Positions 18,427-27,676 of a stretch of 54,465 bases of DNA are shown piece after piece. The stretch spans positions 1 through 54,465 of the forward strand of contig JAYUVP010000210.1 in the NCBI GenBank assembly GCA_043753995.1, in the 5' to 3' direction. The notes under the pieces were generated by a model. That model was not told the origin of the DNA and did no database searches. It saw only the letters and a list, made by a program, of their open reading frames with translations. This DNA comes from Fibrobacterota bacterium. Lineage in GTDB: Bacteria > Fibrobacterota > Fibrobacteria > UBA11236. Each line of letters opens with the position of its first letter. Position 1 is the first letter of the stretch. Made by a program: the position numbers and the translations under genes.

Positions 18427-20072
18427 GGTCCCAATAGGCGCAGCCTTTCGCGAGCGAACTCGGCTGGCACTCCCTGCTGCGATTCTACGAGCAGGTCTTC
18501 ATAGGCGGCAATAGCCTGGCCGGCGTTTTCGGTCTCGGTGAGGTAAATCAAGCGAGCTTTGGCCTCCTGGCTTCGTGCATGGGTTTTTGCCTGGGTCAAA
18601 TTTCGATAGCAAGCTAGGGCTTCTTGGGATTTACCCTGGGCTAAATGCAAGGCTGCCAGCGACCATTGCGCCTCGGGCCATAAGGCAGAGCGGCTTTCTA
18701 CGGCGGCCAGGCTGGCGTATTTCTGCTCGGGTGATCTCGGTGCTTCGGGTTGACCGTGTAGTAAATGGGTTACCGCCATGCTCGTGTCGAGTAAAATCCA
18801 GCGACGCATTTCCAGCACGCCTTGCACTTCTGGATCTTCGACATAGGCCGAAGCCAAGGCCAGCAAACTTTCGGCTTCGGCGACATGATGCCGCCATAGC
18901 GCCACCATGCCCTGAGCTTTCAAGACGGCGCCATTAGAAAGCTTTTGCCGCGAGGCTTTTTTCAATCGAGACAAAACCCCGGCGGCTTCTTCTGGCTTTT
19001 CTTGCCCCAGCAAAATCCGAGCTTGCAAAAGCTCGCGCGCCTCAGCATCCACTTCTGGCCAAGGATGGCTAATCCAAGCCTGAGCCATGGCGGGTTTACC
19101 TTCGCGTAGGCACACTTCAGCCGCCTTGAGCCGCCACTCCCCTTGCCAATTTTCCAAGCCCGGCCGATTCACGGTGAGCGCTTTTTCGGCCCATTGCGCT
19201 GCCAGGGTGGTTTTGTTGGTAGGGATAGCGAGGCGTAAAAGAAAGGGCAAAACTTGTTGCCAATCTTTTTCTTGAACGGGGAAATCTGCTGTTCCCATTG
19301 CTGTCATGGCCATGGAATTGCGCCCACTCATTTGCAATTGGCGGGCAGCCTTAAACCAAGAATGAAAGTGCCTTGCCTTTCCCTGCAAGTTTAAGCGCAA
19401 TCGCAAAACCGAAATGGCCGCTTCAGGACGATGCGCCGACCACAGGGCGGATTCAAGGGCTTGATAGGACCAAGAATTTTGCCAAGACCAAGGTCGACTC
19501 CAAAGCGCGATCACCGAATCCAATTTAGCCTGACGTAAACGCAGAGTTTGCCCTGGGGCCGTCTCATCGCCAGCGGACGATAGCGAAAGCAAGGCATTCA
19601 AGCGAGCCTGGGCATAGCCCATATTTTGCGAATCCGCAGCGGCAGAACGCAAAGCAAATAAGCCCGAGGTTAAAGTATCACCTAAGCCTTGTCGATTCTC
19701 CGCCGCCTCGCGCCATGGCTTGGCCCCGAGTTCAGGCAAATCTCCAAGCAGGTGCGCTAGTGCATACGCTTGATTTGGGATTAAGGGCGGCGAAAGCGAC
19801 CACGTCAAAATTTTCGGTAACCAATACCCCGGAGCTTGCGGCAATCGTTTGGTCAGCGAATCCCATGGGCTTTCCAGAGCCATGCGATTCCCCACTGCCA
19901 TTTTTCCCCCAGCATTTTGACGGCATGCGATTTCCGAGAGCAGCGTGCCGATGTCGGGTTGCGAAGCGAGGGTGGAAAGGCTGGCTGAATCCCTGCAGGG
20001 AATTTTTCCGGTAGCGGCCCATGTGCTGGCCAATGCCATCCAAGCCAATATCAGCAATAAAGCACGTTTCAC
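18423..20072 (-). CDS. Exported helical-repeat (TPR-like) protein
   Basis: Signal peptide MKRALLLILAWMALA; C-terminal TPR-like repeats (EAQWSLAALHLAQGKSQEALACY, AIAAYEDLL). GTGA overlap with the upstream lipoprotein gene. Confidence 0.7.
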   Translation of the reverse strand: MKRALLLILAWMALASTWAATGKIPCRDSASLSTLASQPDIGTLLSEIACRQNAGGKMAVGNRMALESPWDSLTKRLPQAPGYWLPKILTWSLSPPLIPNQAYALAHLLGDLPELGAKPWREAAENRQGLGDTLTSGLFALRSAAADSQNMGYAQARLNALLSLSSAGDETAPGQTLRLRQAKLDSVIALWSRPWSWQNSWSYQALESALWSAHRPEAAISVLRLRLNLQGKARHFHSWFKAARQLQMSGRNSMAMTAMGTADFPVQEKDWQQVLPFLLRLAIPTNKTTLAAQWAEKALTVNRPGLENWQGEWRLKAAEVCLREGKPAMAQAWISHPWPEVDAEARELLQARILLGQEKPEEAAGVLSRLKKASRQKLSNGAVLKAQGMVALWRHHVAEAESLLALASAYVEDPEVQGVLEMRRWILLDTSMAVTHLLHGQPEAPRSPEQKYASLAAVESRSALWPEAQWSLAALHLAQGKSQEALACYRNLTQAKTHARSQEAKARLIYLTETENAGQAIAAYEDLLVESQQGVPAEFARERLRLLGP

Positions 20073-20533
20073 GGTGAGCGCGTAATGCTGGTCGTCACGG
20101 TCTTGGTTTGACCCGAACTGTCACTGGCGATGATGGTGATTTCATTGCCGCCCTCTTGCAATCGGGTGACCAGGAAAGTCCAGGTTGAGCCGGTTAACGT
20201 GGCCTTGCCGCTGGCCGAAATGTCGGGTTTGGTATTGACTGCAATACTGGCTGCGCGGCGATGGGTTCCGCTAATGGTTTGCGTGTCCACCGAGGTTTGC
20301 ACGGTCGGGAAAACCGCCAAATCCAAGGTGCAAACGTTTAGGCATTCGCTATCGGCGCAGTCAATTTTGCCATTTTGATCATTATCTATCCCGTCGGTGC
20401 AAATTTCTTTTTGAGCATCGACGAAAACCACATCCTGCTTGCATTTCGAAGCTGTGAGAGTCAGAAGTAAAGCACCGGCGCCAAGCAGGCCGGTGCAGAG
20501 TCTCAAGCAAGTGGAAAGGGCTGCGGGTAACAT
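20069..20533 (-). CDS. Putative lipoprotein with a Cys/Asp-rich motif and an Ig-like C-terminal domain
   Basis: Start placed at ATG 20533. Hydrophobic stretch ends in TASKC; then EICTDGIDNDQNGKIDCADSEC and a Thr-rich beta region (GSTWTF...LQEGGNEITIIASD). Confidence 0.7.
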   Translation of the reverse strand: MLPAALSTCLRLCTGLLGAGALLLTLTASKCKQDVVFVDAQKEICTDGIDNDQNGKIDCADSECLNVCTLDLAVFPTVQTSVDTQTISGTHRRAASIAVNTKPDISASGKATLTGSTWTFLVTRLQEGGNEITIIASDSSGQTKTVTTSITRSP

Positions 20534-20568
20534 GGGATCTCCGATACGGTTGCCTTTTATAACAGGCT

Positions 20569-21693
20569 TTATTTCCATCGATATAGGCCAAGGTGTCCAA
20601 GCACCACGGCCATGACGACGACAGGAACATGCAATATTTCGCAAGGAATGAGTCGTCGTAGCACGCGCTTTTGACCGAGCACACTCGCAGTTAATTTCAA
20701 GAAAATACCATTGAAAACCAATTTTACGGCCCAGGATCCGAGACTTGCCCACCAAGGTATCACGCCCAGCAAGGCCAAAACCGGGCTGAAAAGTAGCCAG
20801 CAATAAAAGAGATAGAGGCCGATGAGTAAGGCGACAAATCCCTTTTGCTCATAGTGGGCGCCATTGCTGGCCCATCGGGCCCGCTGCAATACCATGGGCC
20901 AGAATCGATCGACGGGGCCGGTGCTTACGCATGCTTCGGCCACGGGCGCATAAGTCACTTCAATGCCAGGCACCGCAATCATTTTCCGCACCAGCAAGTC
21001 ATCATCTCCGGACACGGTATTTTCAATTCCCGAAAAGCCACCCACTTGTTCATAGAGTGAGCGGCGATAAGCCAGGGAGGGGGCGCTAGCCATCATGGGT
21101 TGCCCTAAGGCAAAGGTGGCAGCCTCTATGCTGACAAGTCCGAACACTTCTTGCTCTTGATAGACATGCAACCAATGACCTTGGCCTTGTATTCGCTTGG
21201 GACCTTGCACTATGCCCACGGCTCCCGTGAATCGGCTTGCCAAGCTACGAACCCATTGCGGTGAGGGTAGGCAATCGGCGTCGGTGGTCATCAGCACCTC
21301 CCCCTTGGCGGCTGCAAAACCCGCGGCCAGGGCCCGTTTTTTTGGGCTAGGGACAGGTTTTGCATCCAGGGGAATATGGAGGGCCTGAAAGCGCTTGTCG
21401 GCGGCCGCTTGGGCCTCGATAATGGCACTGGTCTTGTCGGTAGATCGGTCATCGACGAGCAGGAATTGCAAAAATCCGGGATAGTCCTGACGCGCTAAGG
21501 CATTTAAGGTCTCGGTGGCATGCACTTCCTCATTGCGCAGTGGCACAATGACCGACACCGAAGGCCAGGCGGCGGGGAGCGGCGGGCTTTCCAAATGGCG
21601 TAGACGCCAGGCGCCGGCAATGAAATAAAGAAGGAGCGCGGCGAATTCCGCCGTCACCAAGGCCGCAAGTCCTAAAAGAAAAATCACGAGCAC
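20569..21693 (-). CDS. Membrane-bound GT2 glycosyltransferase
   Basis: VSVIVPLRNEE, VDDRSTD, KKRAL, TTDADC (DxD), SGDD, QRARW (QxxRW), with N- and C-terminal TM helices. Confidence 0.92.
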   Translation of the reverse strand: MLVIFLLGLAALVTAEFAALLLYFIAGAWRLRHLESPPLPAAWPSVSVIVPLRNEEVHATETLNALARQDYPGFLQFLLVDDRSTDKTSAIIEAQAAADKRFQALHIPLDAKPVPSPKKRALAAGFAAAKGEVLMTTDADCLPSPQWVRSLASRFTGAVGIVQGPKRIQGQGHWLHVYQEQEVFGLVSIEAATFALGQPMMASAPSLAYRRSLYEQVGGFSGIENTVSGDDDLLVRKMIAVPGIEVTYAPVAEACVSTGPVDRFWPMVLQRARWASNGAHYEQKGFVALLIGLYLFYCWLLFSPVLALLGVIPWWASLGSWAVKLVFNGIFLKLTASVLGQKRVLRRLIPCEILHVPVVVMAVVLGHLGLYRWK

Positions 21694-21723
21694 GAGTCCA
21701 TAAGTCAGTCGAAATATACCAGC

Positions 21724-21729
21724 TATAAT
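21724..21729 (+). promoter_or_regulatory. -10 element directly upstream of the pyk start (leaderless-type)
   Basis: TATAAT, 6 nt, then ATG; no SD sequence in between. Confidence 0.6.
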
Positions 21730-21735
21730 TGCATC

Positions 21736-23175
21736 ATGCCGAATTCCAAAGCCATCCAGCCCATACCCGCACCCCGTCCCTTGACGCGCAAGGCAAAAAT
21801 CCTGGCCACCATGGGCCCCGCCCTGGAGACTCCTGAAATACTGGAAGCCGCCCTGAAGGCAGGTGTCGATGCGATTCGAATCAACTTTTCACATGGTGCC
21901 CCCGAGCAACACACGCGTTACGTGAAATTGGTGCGCGAAACCGCTTGGCGCATGGGCACACCGGTTTCGCTGCTGGCCGATCTCATGGGGCCGAAAATAC
22001 GCGTCGATGCACAGACCTATGAATTGGTCGCCGGCGGCGAAGTGGTCATTGTTGGCGGCAAGGGACAGCCTGAAAAAAACCGCATCGGCATTTCTTTTAA
22101 GGGCTTGGCGGCCTTGGTCAAGCCCGGACAGCGAATCATGCTTGATGATGGCAAGTTGGGCTTGGAAGTGACGCGGACTCGCGGCACGGAAACCCATTGC
22201 CGCGTGACCGTACCCGGCACCCTGAAGTCACGCAAGTCCGTGAATGTGCCTGGCGTCGATTTGCCCTTGCCCATTTTGTCGGCTAAGGACAAGCGCGATT
22301 TGAACCTCATCGCTAAGCTCGGCTTCGACTGGCTAGCTGCCTCTTTCGTGCGTGATGTCGCCGACATCAAAACCATACGTCGCGCTATGGCCGCTGAAAA
22401 AATGAATCTTCCCATCGTGGCGAAGATTGAATGCGTGCAGGCCGTGAACAATCTCCGGTCCATCATGGAAGTCGCCGACGGTGCCATGGTGGCCCGCGGT
22501 GATTTAGGTGTCGAGCTCGATCTCGAATTGATTCCCACGGTGCAGCGCAATGCTGTTCATCTGGGTCGCGAACTCGGTAAACTCACCATTATTGCCACGC
22601 AAATGCTTGAGACCATGACCGATTCGCCGCGTCCCACTCGCGCGGAAGTCACCGACGTTTCCACTGCGGCCTTGTCGCGCGTCGACACCTTGATGCTCTC
22701 GGGCGAAACCGCCGCGGGCAAGCATCCTATCGCCGCCATCGGCATGATGGATAGAATCATTCGCGTGGCTGAGCGCAATCTCGAAGAAGACATTGTTTCC
22801 GTCGATCATCCCGAATCGATAGCCTTGTTATGCGAAGCGGGCATGTATTTAGCCTTGTCTTGCAGCGCCGCAGCCATTATCACCATTAGCACCCATGGCG
22901 GCACGCCCCGCATACTTTCTAGCTATCGCGCCAGCATACCCATAGTGGCCGCCTGCACCACGCCCGAAATTTATCAGCGTGCCGCCTTGTATCGTGGCGT
23001 CATTCCTTTGCTCATTGATTCGGTCACCGAAACCGAGGCCATTTTCCGCTTGATTGCGCACCGATTGCGCACCTTGGGCCTGGTACGCGTCGGTGACAGT
23101 TTGGTTTATGTATTCGGTTTCCCAATTCATGGGAAAAACCGCACCAATACCATCCGCCGTTGGGTGGTGACATAA
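21736..23175 (+). CDS. pyk: Pyruvate kinase
   Basis: KILATMGPA, RINFSHG, DLMGPKIR, IVAKIE, MVARGDLGVE, ATQML, PTRAEVTDV, MLSGETA. Confidence 0.97.
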   Translation: MPNSKAIQPIPAPRPLTRKAKILATMGPALETPEILEAALKAGVDAIRINFSHGAPEQHTRYVKLVRETAWRMGTPVSLLADLMGPKIRVDAQTYELVAGGEVVIVGGKGQPEKNRIGISFKGLAALVKPGQRIMLDDGKLGLEVTRTRGTETHCRVTVPGTLKSRKSVNVPGVDLPLPILSAKDKRDLNLIAKLGFDWLAASFVRDVADIKTIRRAMAAEKMNLPIVAKIECVQAVNNLRSIMEVADGAMVARGDLGVELDLELIPTVQRNAVHLGRELGKLTIIATQMLETMTDSPRPTRAEVTDVSTAALSRVDTLMLSGETAAGKHPIAAIGMMDRIIRVAERNLEEDIVSVDHPESIALLCEAGMYLALSCSAAAIITISTHGGTPRILSSYRASIPIVAACTTPEIYQRAALYRGVIPLLIDSVTETEAIFRLIAHRLRTLGLVRVGDSLVYVFGFPIHGKNRTNTIRRWVVT

Positions 23176-23232
23176 AGACGCCCCGAAGCGAATCCTTTTT
23201 CGCATTTATTCGGGGTAGGTCCGCCTCCCAGA

Positions 23233-23241
23233 TGTTAAAAT
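23233..23241 (+). promoter_or_regulatory. Extended -10 element upstream of the sensor kinase (leaderless-type)
   Basis: TG-t-TAAAAT, 6 nt, then ATG 23248; no SD. Confidence 0.55.
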
Positions 23242-23247
23242 CTCGGT

Positions 23248-25071
23248 ATGCTTTTTAAGGTTTGGTCGCGATTTTTAAGTCCGATCCAGTCCGAAGGATT
23301 GGAAGACGCTGCGATTCGCGAAATTCGCTTTTTGAGGATTATCGGTCTCATTTTAGCCTTAACCTATCCTACGTGGTATTGGGTCAATGCCAATACCGTC
23401 ACGCCTTTTCAGGAACCGTTTTGGCCACGCCTGGTCATCGGATCCCTTGGCTTGCTCGCCGCTGTGGCCACTCGCTTTTCCAAAATTCTGGAAGGGCAAA
23501 TGCGCGCAATTTTTTATGGCATCGCCTTATTGCTCGGCATACACATGCTGTATTTGGTGAATCAGAACAATTATCACCTCTCTTATACAACCGACGCATT
23601 GACCACCCTTATGCTAGTGGAATTCTGCATGCCGGCCATGGCAGGGGCCATAGGATTTCCACTTTTGGTCATTGCTATGGCCGCAATATCGGCTTTGGCG
23701 GCACCGCAATCACAAGCCTGGTTCTTTTTCGGTCTCCTGGCCGAAACCCTGGTGGTGGCCTTTGTCATTGTCGCCGCGAGACTCAAACAATTGGCCGAAA
23801 TCAATCGCACCAGTAAGGCTTTCAAAGAAGCGAAGCTGGCGGCTGAAGCCGCCAATGAAGCCAAAAGCCGCTTTTTGGCGGTGATGAGCCATGAAATTCG
23901 CACGCCGATGAATAGCATTCTCGGCTTGGTCGAATTGATGAATCAGGATGCCTTGCCCGAAGAACAAAAATCGCATTTGCGCGATATCCATGCCGGAGCC
24001 GAATTGCTTTTGGGTCTTGTGAATGACTTGCTCGATCTTTCGCGCATAGAATCGGGCCGCGTCGATTTGGAGAAAATCCCTTTTTCACTGCATGATTGGA
24101 TGCGCAAGACGCTTTCCCTGGTGAATGCCCAAGCTGAAATCAAGGGCATACATCTGCGCTATGTCACGCGGGGACTACCCGATCCCCTATGGGTTTTGGG
24201 CGATCCCCTACGCACCCAACAAACCATCTACAACCTGCTCTCCAATGCTTTGAAATTCACCGAACAAGGGTGGGTGACTCTGGTGGTCGAAAGTGTCGAC
24301 GTCGGTAAGCAGCAAGTGAAGCTTCGCATTGCTGTCCGCGACACGGGCATTGGCATACCCGCCGAAAAGCTGAAAGCCATTTTCGAAAGCTTCGTACAAG
24401 CCGACTCATCGACGGCGCGTCGCTTTGGTGGCAGCGGCTTGGGTTTGGCCATAGCCCGCGAATTGATAGGCCTCATGGGTGGCCGCATTGAAGTGGCTAG
24501 CCGTGAGGGCAGCGGGTCGGAATTTTTCTTTGAAATCACCTTGCCGCGCACTGAACCTTCGAAACAAGCAGACCGACTCCTGGGCAGTGATGTTTTTGCT
24601 TCGGCCACCGACGAAGGCAATTCCTCAGAAGGAAATGACGAGCCCGGCCAAGGTTTGCGGGTTTTCGTGGTCGACGATAATCCTGTGAATCTCAAAGTCG
24701 CCAAGGCCATGCTATCGCGCCTAGGCTGCAAAGTCGCCACGGCGAAAGACGGAAGTGAGGCTTTAGCCTTATTACAAAACCCAACCGACTTTGACCTGGT
24801 ATTTATGGATTGCCAAATGCCGCATATGGACGGCTATACCACCACTCAGCAAATACGCAAACAAGAAATAGCCTTGAAAAGTGCACGCTTGCCCATCATA
24901 GCCCTGACCGCGAATGCCATGCAAGGTGAGCGCCTACGCTGCGAGGACGCTGGCATGGACGATTATCTCAGCAAGCCGGTACAATTGGCACAATTGCGCT
25001 CAGTATTACGTCGCTGGGGACATCGTCCGCCTTCGGGTGAATTGCCCGTCGCGGGAGGCGCGGTGGCCTAG
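23248..25071 (+). CDS. Hybrid sensor histidine kinase/response regulator with an N-terminal multi-TM sensor
   Basis: FLAVMSHEIRTPMN (H-box), NLLSNALKFT, DTGIG, GSGLGL; receiver VDDN...FMDCQMPHMDG...KP. Confidence 0.95.
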   Translation: MLFKVWSRFLSPIQSEGLEDAAIREIRFLRIIGLILALTYPTWYWVNANTVTPFQEPFWPRLVIGSLGLLAAVATRFSKILEGQMRAIFYGIALLLGIHMLYLVNQNNYHLSYTTDALTTLMLVEFCMPAMAGAIGFPLLVIAMAAISALAAPQSQAWFFFGLLAETLVVAFVIVAARLKQLAEINRTSKAFKEAKLAAEAANEAKSRFLAVMSHEIRTPMNSILGLVELMNQDALPEEQKSHLRDIHAGAELLLGLVNDLLDLSRIESGRVDLEKIPFSLHDWMRKTLSLVNAQAEIKGIHLRYVTRGLPDPLWVLGDPLRTQQTIYNLLSNALKFTEQGWVTLVVESVDVGKQQVKLRIAVRDTGIGIPAEKLKAIFESFVQADSSTARRFGGSGLGLAIARELIGLMGGRIEVASREGSGSEFFFEITLPRTEPSKQADRLLGSDVFASATDEGNSSEGNDEPGQGLRVFVVDDNPVNLKVAKAMLSRLGCKVATAKDGSEALALLQNPTDFDLVFMDCQMPHMDGYTTTQQIRKQEIALKSARLPIIALTANAMQGERLRCEDAGMDDYLSKPVQLAQLRSVLRRWGHRPPSGELPVAGGAVA

Positions 25072-25152
25072 GAGGGATGTGAATAGGGTAGGTTCTATCC
25101 TATAGGCGCGGTGATTTCCCCCTGTTTAGCACCTTAGCCGTCGGCCTGGGCT

Positions 25153-26820
25153 TCAGCGCGAATGTGGCAAGATCGGAATCGAGGATCTTTCCGTAGGCAT
25201 CAATTGACCCAAGGCATTGCGGCGACCTTCAACCAGGGAATGGGCAAAGTCGACAGCATCCATGGAAGAGCGGCGGCGCAAGGCGTAGCCTGTTTTGCGC
25301 TGGGGATGGGCGATGGATGTCGGGCCCGTGCCGGGGCCGAAGGCATTCAAGGAGTACCAGGCTTCTGGCGTCCAAAGAGCAGATCCTGATTCGGATTTCA
25401 CGGCCGTGGTCAGCTGAAAATTGACCACGCGCTTGGTTTCTAAGCCGGAAATGTCGAGGGTGGCTTTTTTGCGATCCGTGGAAAGCGTCACCTTACTCAC
25501 CGTAAGGGTCTTGGTTCCGAAATTGCCGCCGCCATAACTGACCGTGGGAGTGTAATACCAGGTTTTGATTTTGAAATTCGCGGGGGCATCGGCGCCGCTG
25601 GCCAAGGGTTGGGTGAATTCGATTTCAAATCCGGTATTGCCGAGGCTGCGTATGGCCAGCATGTCAAAAGCCGTTTTGCCATTGATTCGCAATTTTTGCA
25701 AACCGAAGGTGGTGCCATTCCAATCCCAAGTACCCCCCGGATCTCCGACTCCGCCCACATATAGCATGCTGTCGGGTCCCATGGCTAAACGCTCAACGCC
25801 GGCTTCAAGGCCACCCATGAAATGAAAGCCCGCGCCTTGCCATTCACCACCCACTTTTTCCAAGAAATAGCGCTGCACTCCGCCATGCCTCACGTCGCCC
25901 ATGAGCACTTGTCCGGCATAGGGGCCAAAGGTCAGGTAAAGCGGATTGCCGGGCGCATTGCCCAAATTGTCCTGTGGTATGTAAACAGCAGGAGGCGTTT
26001 CAGGCATATTGTCCCAGGTTTCGCGCGGCGTATGCTTGAAGCCGTAAAACGATCCTTTTTTGATCGCGATGAGCTTATTCGCAGGGAGCCAATTGCCTTG
26101 TACGTCAGGAACCAAAAGCACGCCGTCGGGCCCAAAGCCCATTCCATTGGGTGTTCGTAAGCCCATGGCCTCAAGCGTGAAAGCACCGGTTTTTTCATCG
26201 ACGACTAAGTGGGTGCCTCTATTCGCATTAAAAGTGCTGTCCTCGGGAGTCAAATTCAATTTCGGTGTGGAAGCATTCATGAAAAACTTCCCATCTCGAT
26301 AGAGGAGGCCGAAGAGAAATTCATGCCGCCCCTTGCCTTTATTTTCCAAATGAAAAACCGTGCGTTTCGATTCGGAAACTCCGTCTTTATTAGCATCAAC
26401 TAATTCGATTAAATCATTTCCACCGCACACATAAATGCGGTCATTGACCACGGTCAGGCCCATGACGTCTTCGAGACCGCTGGCGAAAACCGTAGTGGTG
26501 ACCCCGGTAGGATTGGCTCCACCTGCGCCCGAGACGAGGTAAATCGTGCTATTCATTTGGCGGGTATGAACTAGGGCGTTTGTGCCGCCCCAATTTGCCA
26601 CGACCATTCGGCCGTCTGAAAGCCAACCCATTCCGGTGACTCTTGGCTTAAAGGCCGTGGGACGAAAATGGATGAGGTCAAATCCAGGGTGCATGGTCGT
26701 GGGCACCGACCCCGTTTGGGCGGAAACCAAACCCAGGCAGCAGGTAAGTAATAAGGCGAATAAGCTGGTTTGGGTCATGCGGGCCAAGGACCTTTTGCTC
26801 GGTATGTCGACTCGGTTCAT
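25153..26820 (-). CDS. Secreted beta-propeller protein (sugar/sorbosone dehydrogenase-like fold) with a basic C-terminal tail
   Basis: Signal-peptide-like LFALLLTCCLGLVSA; propeller-like motifs VFASGL, AMGLRTPNGMG, QGNWLP; Arg-rich tail with RRNALG. Confidence 0.7.
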   Translation of the reverse strand: MNRVDIPSKRSLARMTQTSLFALLLTCCLGLVSAQTGSVPTTMHPGFDLIHFRPTAFKPRVTGMGWLSDGRMVVANWGGTNALVHTRQMNSTIYLVSGAGGANPTGVTTTVFASGLEDVMGLTVVNDRIYVCGGNDLIELVDANKDGVSESKRTVFHLENKGKGRHEFLFGLLYRDGKFFMNASTPKLNLTPEDSTFNANRGTHLVVDEKTGAFTLEAMGLRTPNGMGFGPDGVLLVPDVQGNWLPANKLIAIKKGSFYGFKHTPRETWDNMPETPPAVYIPQDNLGNAPGNPLYLTFGPYAGQVLMGDVRHGGVQRYFLEKVGGEWQGAGFHFMGGLEAGVERLAMGPDSMLYVGGVGDPGGTWDWNGTTFGLQKLRINGKTAFDMLAIRSLGNTGFEIEFTQPLASGADAPANFKIKTWYYTPTVSYGGGNFGTKTLTVSKVTLSTDRKKATLDISGLETKRVVNFQLTTAVKSESGSALWTPEAWYSLNAFGPGTGPTSIAHPQRKTGYALRRRSSMDAVDFAHSLVEGRRNALGQLMPTERSSIPILPHSR

Positions 26821-26983
26821 GTACCGCTACTTACACCTAACAATCAGTTTTTGCCGTATTTCTCTGAAGAAAAGCGGGATAGGCCTATTGAAAATTGTGA
26901 GAAGGGTAAAGAAAATGGCTTTCGGCGACAGGAGTTTGGTCTTAAAAGCACAGACCTAACAAAAAACGTGGACTTGACCGGTG

Positions 26984-27676
26984 TCACCAGGCCTGATAAA
27001 CCTTGCGCGCAGGCACTTGAATGAGACGGTCTTCTTCCGGGCACCAGCCGGTGAGTTGACGGCCATAAACGCAGCCTGAATCTAGGCCCATGAAACCAGG
27101 CCGCTGAATCAATCCCTTTTGCGCCCAATGCCCGAAAACTACGGATTTCTGCCAGGTTTGAACCTCAAACCAGGGCGCATTTTCGCGATTTTGAAGGTCT
27201 TGGCCAAGCCCATCCCAAGTGCGAATATGGAGTAAAACGGCAGGGCGCATTTCTTGCGGATGAGCACAGCCCGGTTGCAGGCCGGCATGTACCAACCACA
27301 AATCCTCCTGCTCCAGCCAAAAGGGCCACTGGCGTATCCAAGCAAGCCAGGCTTCGCTTTGTTCCCCTAAACTGGCGAGATAGCGCTGATGGCCGGGGCT
27401 GCGCAATTCAGGTAGGCAGTCGGCCCCTTGTAATAGGAAGTGTTCGTGATTGCCGCGCACCACTTGGGCATTGAATTCGCGCAGGCGCTGCAAACAGCCG
27501 AGTGGGTCGGGGCCGCGCCCCAGAATATCACCTACGGAGAAAAGGTGATCTATGCCGGGTTGAAAGCCAAAGCTGCGCAGCAAATCATCTAGCTCTTGCG
27601 AGCAGCCATGCAAATCACCGATGAAAAGCCGACGACTCAGGGAATTACCAGTACTCTTCAATGTGCAAGCTGCCAT
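26984..27676 (-). CDS. ApaH/PPP-like metallophosphoesterase (possible diadenosine tetraphosphatase)
   Basis: IGDLHGC, VGDILGRGP, RGNHE, VHAG, VFGHW, LDSGCVYG. Start is uncertain: ATG 27676 overlaps fpr; an in-frame CTG lies at 27640. Confidence 0.85.
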   Translation of the reverse strand: MAACTLKSTGNSLSRRLFIGDLHGCSQELDDLLRSFGFQPGIDHLFSVGDILGRGPDPLGCLQRLREFNAQVVRGNHEHFLLQGADCLPELRSPGHQRYLASLGEQSEAWLAWIRQWPFWLEQEDLWLVHAGLQPGCAHPQEMRPAVLLHIRTWDGLGQDLQNRENAPWFEVQTWQKSVVFGHWAQKGLIQRPGFMGLDSGCVYGRQLTGWCPEEDRLIQVPARKVYQAW

